A stretch of DNA of 64,000 bases from an uncultured Planctomycetia bacterium (GTDB lineage Bacteria > Omnitrophota > Gorgyraeia > Gorgyraeales > Gorgyraeaceae): positions 4,156 through 68,155 of the forward strand of contig CAYPYS010000003.1 in assembly GCA_964415355.1 (NCBI GenBank), read 5' to 3'. A program made the translations under genes and the position numbers. Below the pieces are notes generated by a model. The model worked only from the letters and a program-made list of their open reading frames with translations. It was not told where the DNA came from and searched no databases. Of this stretch, positions 60,028 to 64,000 are shown piece after piece (within the stretch, counting starts at the first letter, position 1; every line of letters begins with the position of its first letter).

Positions 60028-60855
60028 TCATTGGACAAGAAAATAAATTAAAATCAATCCAAAAATGATACTTATGATCTTAAAAGTCTTTCTGATAGTT
60101 AAAATTCCATCTATTGATATCCTGCCTTTGGATCGAAACACCTGCATTATTGATACTTGAATAACAGAGAAAACCAGTGTTAAATAAAAGACGCCTGTCA
60201 TGTTTTCAAAAATAAAAAAGCATAAAAAACTCCAGATCAACCACACAAGCAGTGACAGATGCCACAGCTTGATCGAGCGGTCCATGGGTAAATTCCAATT
60301 GCCTTCGGTCCTGCCATGTCCCATTAAATGAATGATCTGCGAAGGTGCCACTCCTAACCAGATATATCCAGCCAGGTGCAGCGCGGAAAAGGATAATGAT
60401 TTATTGGCAATATAACCTATCAGGAATAATATCGCAAAACCCGTGGAATTCAAAACGATATTAAGCGCTGGTCTTTTCTTAAATCTTGTATAAGGAGAGG
60501 AATATAAAAAACTGACGGTCCCTCCCAAAATAACCAATAAAAATACCATTTTAGAGTAAAAAAAAGAAACAAGCAAATTTATTAGAATTAAAGCAACTGA
60601 GATATATAATGCTATTCTGCGATTATAGCTTTTTCCGGATTCCCTTAAAAAATTGTCTTCCCCGGACTTAAAATCGAAATAGAGATTTATGCTATATCCA
60701 TGTGCCACATATAGAGATGCGATAAAAGACAGTACAAGAAAATCAATGATTACAAGGTCTTTTATGGCAAAGAAAAATCCGAGATATGCTACGCCTATGA
60801 TATAAAACCAATCTCTTGCTCTTAAGAATCTGATATAATACAAAAAGGCAGGCAT
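60028..60855 (-). CDS. UbiA-family prenyltransferase-like membrane protein
   Basis: R..DW, NxxFD (INLYFD), YSSP.TR.K and about 8 TM segments; the second Asp-rich motif is degenerate. Confidence 0.7.
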   Translation of the reverse strand: MPAFLYYIRFLRARDWFYIIGVAYLGFFFAIKDLVIIDFLVLSFIASLYVAHGYSINLYFDFKSGEDNFLRESGKSYNRRIALYISVALILINLLVSFFYSKMVFLLVILGGTVSFLYSSPYTRFKKRPALNIVLNSTGFAILFLIGYIANKSLSFSALHLAGYIWLGVAPSQIIHLMGHGRTEGNWNLPMDRSIKLWHLSLLVWLIWSFLCFFIFENMTGVFYLTLVFSVIQVSIMQVFRSKGRISIDGILTIRKTFKIISIIFGLILIYFLVQ

Positions 60856-60904
60856 CGAACTCCAGTATATCTAATATAACATTGTACAAGCATCAGGCCG
60901 TCGG

Positions 60905-60933
60905 TTGACACTCTATTATTAGTATGATATACT
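60905..60933 (+). promoter_or_regulatory. Sigma70 promoter of the ftsH-like gene
   Basis: TTGACA-17 bp-TATACT with an extended -10 TG. Confidence 0.75.
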
Positions 60934-60961
60934 CTATTCCACAGTAAAACAAGGAGAAAAA

Positions 60962-62587
60962 ATGGCTAATTTAACGATGCGTAGATTCAAGATGTTCCTC
61001 ATGATGCACTGGCTAAAGTTTACGATAATAGCCGTGGTTGTGATACTTTTGATATTAGCTGTATGGGGTCTGTCGTCTCTTGAATCATTCTACCGTCATC
61101 TTACTCTAGCCCAGATGCCTATCACTCTTCTTCTATCAGGTGTACACGCAGGCATATTCGTCTTTATGTACATGGTTTTCCTGAGGGGCGGTTTTACGAA
61201 AATAAAGCAGACTACTATAAAAGGGCAAAATGTAAATGTGCATTGGAATGATGTAATAGGCATAGAAGAAGCAAAGCAAGAGGCGTGGGAAGTCGTACAA
61301 TTGATAAAAGACCGAAAGCGACTTTTGAAGATCGGCGGAAATATCCTTAGAGGTCTTCTGATGGTCGGGCCTCCTGGTTGCGGAAAGACATATCTCGCAA
61401 AAGCAATAGCAACAGAGGCAGGTATTCCATTCATATCAATGTCCGGAAGTGAATTCACCGAAATATTCGTAGGGGTTGGCGCATCGCGAGTGAGAAAGCT
61501 ATTCAAAAAAGCCAGGACACTTGCCTACGGATATGGCGCGTGTATTGTTTTTATAGACGAGCTGGATGCCATAGGAAGAGCGCGCTCATTCAGCTTTATG
61601 GGCGGCGGACAGGAGACAAACTCGACCCAGAACCAGCTCCTGGTAGATATGGACGGGCTCAAGGAAAAAGATTTTGATGTTATAGTCATAGGCGCGACAA
61701 ACGCGGCAGAAGGAGTTTTAGACCAAGCGCTTCTCAGGCCAGGTAGATTTGACAGGAAGATCTATATCGACAGGCCTAGCCTAGAAGGAAGGACCAAAAT
61801 ATTTGAATATTATCTTAAAAAATTAAAGTATGATAAGAGCATGGACATAGGACGCCTGGCAAGAAAGGCAGTATATAAGACACCTGCGGAAATAGACAAT
61901 ATAATAAAAGAAGCGGCCCTGATCTCCACTAGAAACAAAAAAGATACAGTAAGCTACAAAGAAATATCCGAGGCAATGGAACGCATTGACATGGGTATAA
62001 AACACAGACGACAGATGACAAAAGAGGAAAAGGAAATGGTTGCGTTCCACGAAACAGGGCATCTTGTCACAATGTACATATTGCACCCTACTGATGATGT
62101 ATTTAAGGCCTCTATCATCTCTCGCAAAGAAACGCTTGGTGCAGTGTATGCTCAACCAAGAGAAGAATTATATACTCGCAACAAAGAAAGGCTACTGGCA
62201 GATATAAAGGTAAAGCTTGGCGGATACGTGGCAGAAAAAACAAGATTCGGCACCACGAGCGATGGTGTAGCATCTGATTTTAAAGGCGCGATGCAGGTAG
62301 CACACGCCATGGTCTGGAAGGTAGGGATGAGCGACGCTGGATTTGTAGGAGACTACACTATGATACCAGAATCTCAGCTATCTGAAGTGATCAAGGAAAA
62401 GCTCAATAACGAGACAAATAAGATCATAAAGACCTGCCTTAAAGAAGTCGAAGAACTCCTCAAAAAAGAATGGCCGATAGTGGAAAGATTCGTAAAAGAA
62501 CTGCTTGAAAAAGAAGAGCTGGAGTACGACGAAGTAGAGACTATATTCAAAGAATACGGCAAGACTCATATATATAAGTCTGCATGA
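60962..62587 (+). CDS. ftsH: FtsH-like AAA+ zinc metalloprotease
   Basis: Two TM segments, [23 protein letters not shown] and HETGH. Confidence 0.85.
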   Translation: MANLTMRRFKMFLMMHWLKFTIIAVVVILLILAVWGLSSLESFYRHLTLAQMPITLLLSGVHAGIFVFMYMVFLRGGFTKIKQTTIKGQNVNVHWNDVIGIEEAKQEAWEVVQLIKDRKRLLKIGGNILRGLLMVGPPGCGKTYLAKAIATEAGIPFISMSGSEFTEIFVGVGASRVRKLFKKARTLAYGYGACIVFIDELDAIGRARSFSFMGGGQETNSTQNQLLVDMDGLKEKDFDVIVIGATNAAEGVLDQALLRPGRFDRKIYIDRPSLEGRTKIFEYYLKKLKYDKSMDIGRLARKAVYKTPAEIDNIIKEAALISTRNKKDTVSYKEISEAMERIDMGIKHRRQMTKEEKEMVAFHETGHLVTMYILHPTDDVFKASIISRKETLGAVYAQPREELYTRNKERLLADIKVKLGGYVAEKTRFGTTSDGVASDFKGAMQVAHAMVWKVGMSDAGFVGDYTMIPESQLSEVIKEKLNNETNKIIKTCLKEVEELLKKEWPIVERFVKELLEKEELEYDEVETIFKEYGKTHIYKSA

Positions 62588-63819
62588 ACGCCCCTCTCTT
62601 AAAAGTCCTATTACCCATTCTACTTTTAATGACACTTGCTTCCTGCGAAGGAGCAACATATTCAAAAGAAAAAGTCGAACGATCCGTAGTGGAACTCTGT
62701 AAAAATGAATATGATCTGGACGTAGAGGCAAAGATCATCGGCTCGACCCTTGGAGTATCCATACCCATAGAAGGACTTGTAGACCCTGAGCTGAAACTCG
62801 ACCAGGAGGCCGGTGAAAAAATAGAGGATGTGGCCCTATCCATACACAGGGTCATAATGAGCACGGACAAACCCTTAAAAATATACACGCTCACGGCAAG
62901 AGACACGAGCGCCATAGGCGCGGAATTTATATTGACGGGTTTTGTTTATGATGTAGTGCGCGTGCGGCTTTTGGATATCTCCAGAGGTGAATACCATAAA
63001 AGGATATTGAGGGATTTCAGGTTTAATTCGGTCGTAACGGGAGAAACAAAGATAAGAGAACTTTTTGATGCCGTAAACGCGCAGTCTCCTTCTATGCAGA
63101 AAATAAGATATCTATTTTATCCGATATTCACTATCGGCAAAGAAGGAAGCCAAAAAATAGAAATAATAGATATAGATGCAAAGGAGATATCAGAGCAGGA
63201 GGCCCTGTTTTACATAAAGACGAGAGAATATTACGAACCTTTGCCCGGCTTTGAAGTTTACAAGGCGATATTCCCTCCTGGATTCCAAAATGAATATTTG
63301 ATACTTACGAATATCTCCTTATTTCCGAATCCCGTAAAAGAAATCGTCTCAAAATATTTCTATTCGGGGACTGAGATAAGGCAGAGAAATGTAGGCGATA
63401 CTTTCGGTCAATATAAAGATACGGGTTACATCGGGATAGACGGTTTGCCTAAAAATGACCTGGATCCTGGCTGGTTTTTGAGCCAACAGATCTCAAGGAG
63501 GGTCAAAATACTCTTTTCTGAAGATAAAAGATTAAAAAAGCGATTCATGGTCCAGGACTCTCAGGGCTCACTAGACAATAAGATATTTCGGTTCACATTC
63601 TCTATCTCTTCTGAAGAACCCACGATGCAGGATGAAGTGGTCATATTCTCGCGCATCCTTAAACTCGCAGGACAGGTAACGCACAGATATGATTTTGAGG
63701 AGTTTGAAGGCATCGAACTGTTAAACACAGCGCCTGGAGGGAAACAACTCTATCTATCAAAAGATGACCTGAAAAAATTCAGACGGAATAGACTAAAAAT
63801 CAAGGACCTCTTACTCTAA
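62584..63819 (+). CDS. Hypothetical lipoprotein
   Basis: Signal peptide with lipobox LASC; ATGA-coupled to the ftsH-like gene. Confidence 0.7.
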   Translation: MNAPLLKVLLPILLLMTLASCEGATYSKEKVERSVVELCKNEYDLDVEAKIIGSTLGVSIPIEGLVDPELKLDQEAGEKIEDVALSIHRVIMSTDKPLKIYTLTARDTSAIGAEFILTGFVYDVVRVRLLDISRGEYHKRILRDFRFNSVVTGETKIRELFDAVNAQSPSMQKIRYLFYPIFTIGKEGSQKIEIIDIDAKEISEQEALFYIKTREYYEPLPGFEVYKAIFPPGFQNEYLILTNISLFPNPVKEIVSKYFYSGTEIRQRNVGDTFGQYKDTGYIGIDGLPKNDLDPGWFLSQQISRRVKILFSEDKRLKKRFMVQDSQGSLDNKIFRFTFSISSEEPTMQDEVVIFSRILKLAGQVTHRYDFEEFEGIELLNTAPGGKQLYLSKDDLKKFRRNRLKIKDLLL

Positions 63820-63853
63820 CTTTACATTTCAACAATGTTAAAATGTAAAGTTA
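63817..63853. repeat. 37-bp palindromic repeat, copy 15
   Basis: taactttacatttcaacaatgttaaaatgtaaagtta; supplies the TAA stop for both convergent genes. Confidence 0.95.
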
Positions 63854-64000
63854 CTCCAAAATCACGACCTTTCTCCCCTCTATTCTCAGCTTCCCTTCTA
63901 CGAACAATCTTATTGCTTCAGGATAGATCTTGTGTTCTTCCCTGTGAACCGCATCTGCGAGCGTCTCTTCCGTATCATCTTCTTTTGTCATCACAGGCGA
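63851..64000 (-). CDS. purN: Phosphoribosylglycinamide formyltransferase (3' end only)
   Basis: DDTEETLADAVHREEHKIYPEAIRLFVEGKL matches the PurN C-terminus. Confidence 0.85.
   Translation of the reverse strand, partial: SPVMTKEDDTEETLADAVHREEHKIYPEAIRLFVEGKLRIEGRKVVILE

Overview
Bacterial chromosome segment with most genes on the minus strand. Gene content and style suggest an anaerobic PVC-group organism such as Ca. Omnitrophota; this is an inference. Positions 1-36.7 kb are housekeeping genes: dnaX, tadA, pabB/C, gltX, a 2-oxoacid:ferredoxin oxidoreductase, dxs-ispA-xseBA, ymdB-rny, polX, nrdR, glyA, the pur operon and eno, plus tRNA-Ser, tRNA-Gln and tRNA-fMet. Several selfish or repeated elements lie in this part: 14 of 15 copies of a 37-bp TA-flanked palindrome found at gene 3' ends (often supplying the stop codon; copy 15 is at 63.8 kb), a LAGLIDADG intein in PurD, a group I intron in tRNA-fMet, and a REP-flanked GIY-YIG pseudogene. 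Positions 36.7-60.9 kb are a palindrome-free block of 15 radical SAM genes: 7 B12-binding, 3 tetraether-synthase (Tes/MJ0619)-like, 4 SPASM/Twitch and 1 MiaB-like. The block also has two GT2 glycosyltransferases, a GNAT and a UbiA prenyltransferase. An unannotated 26-aa Cys-containing peptide gene lies directly upstream of an RRE-SPASM enzyme and is a candidate new RiPP. The window ends with an FtsH-like protease, a lipoprotein and the 3' end of purN. All calls come from reading motifs by eye; no searches were run.
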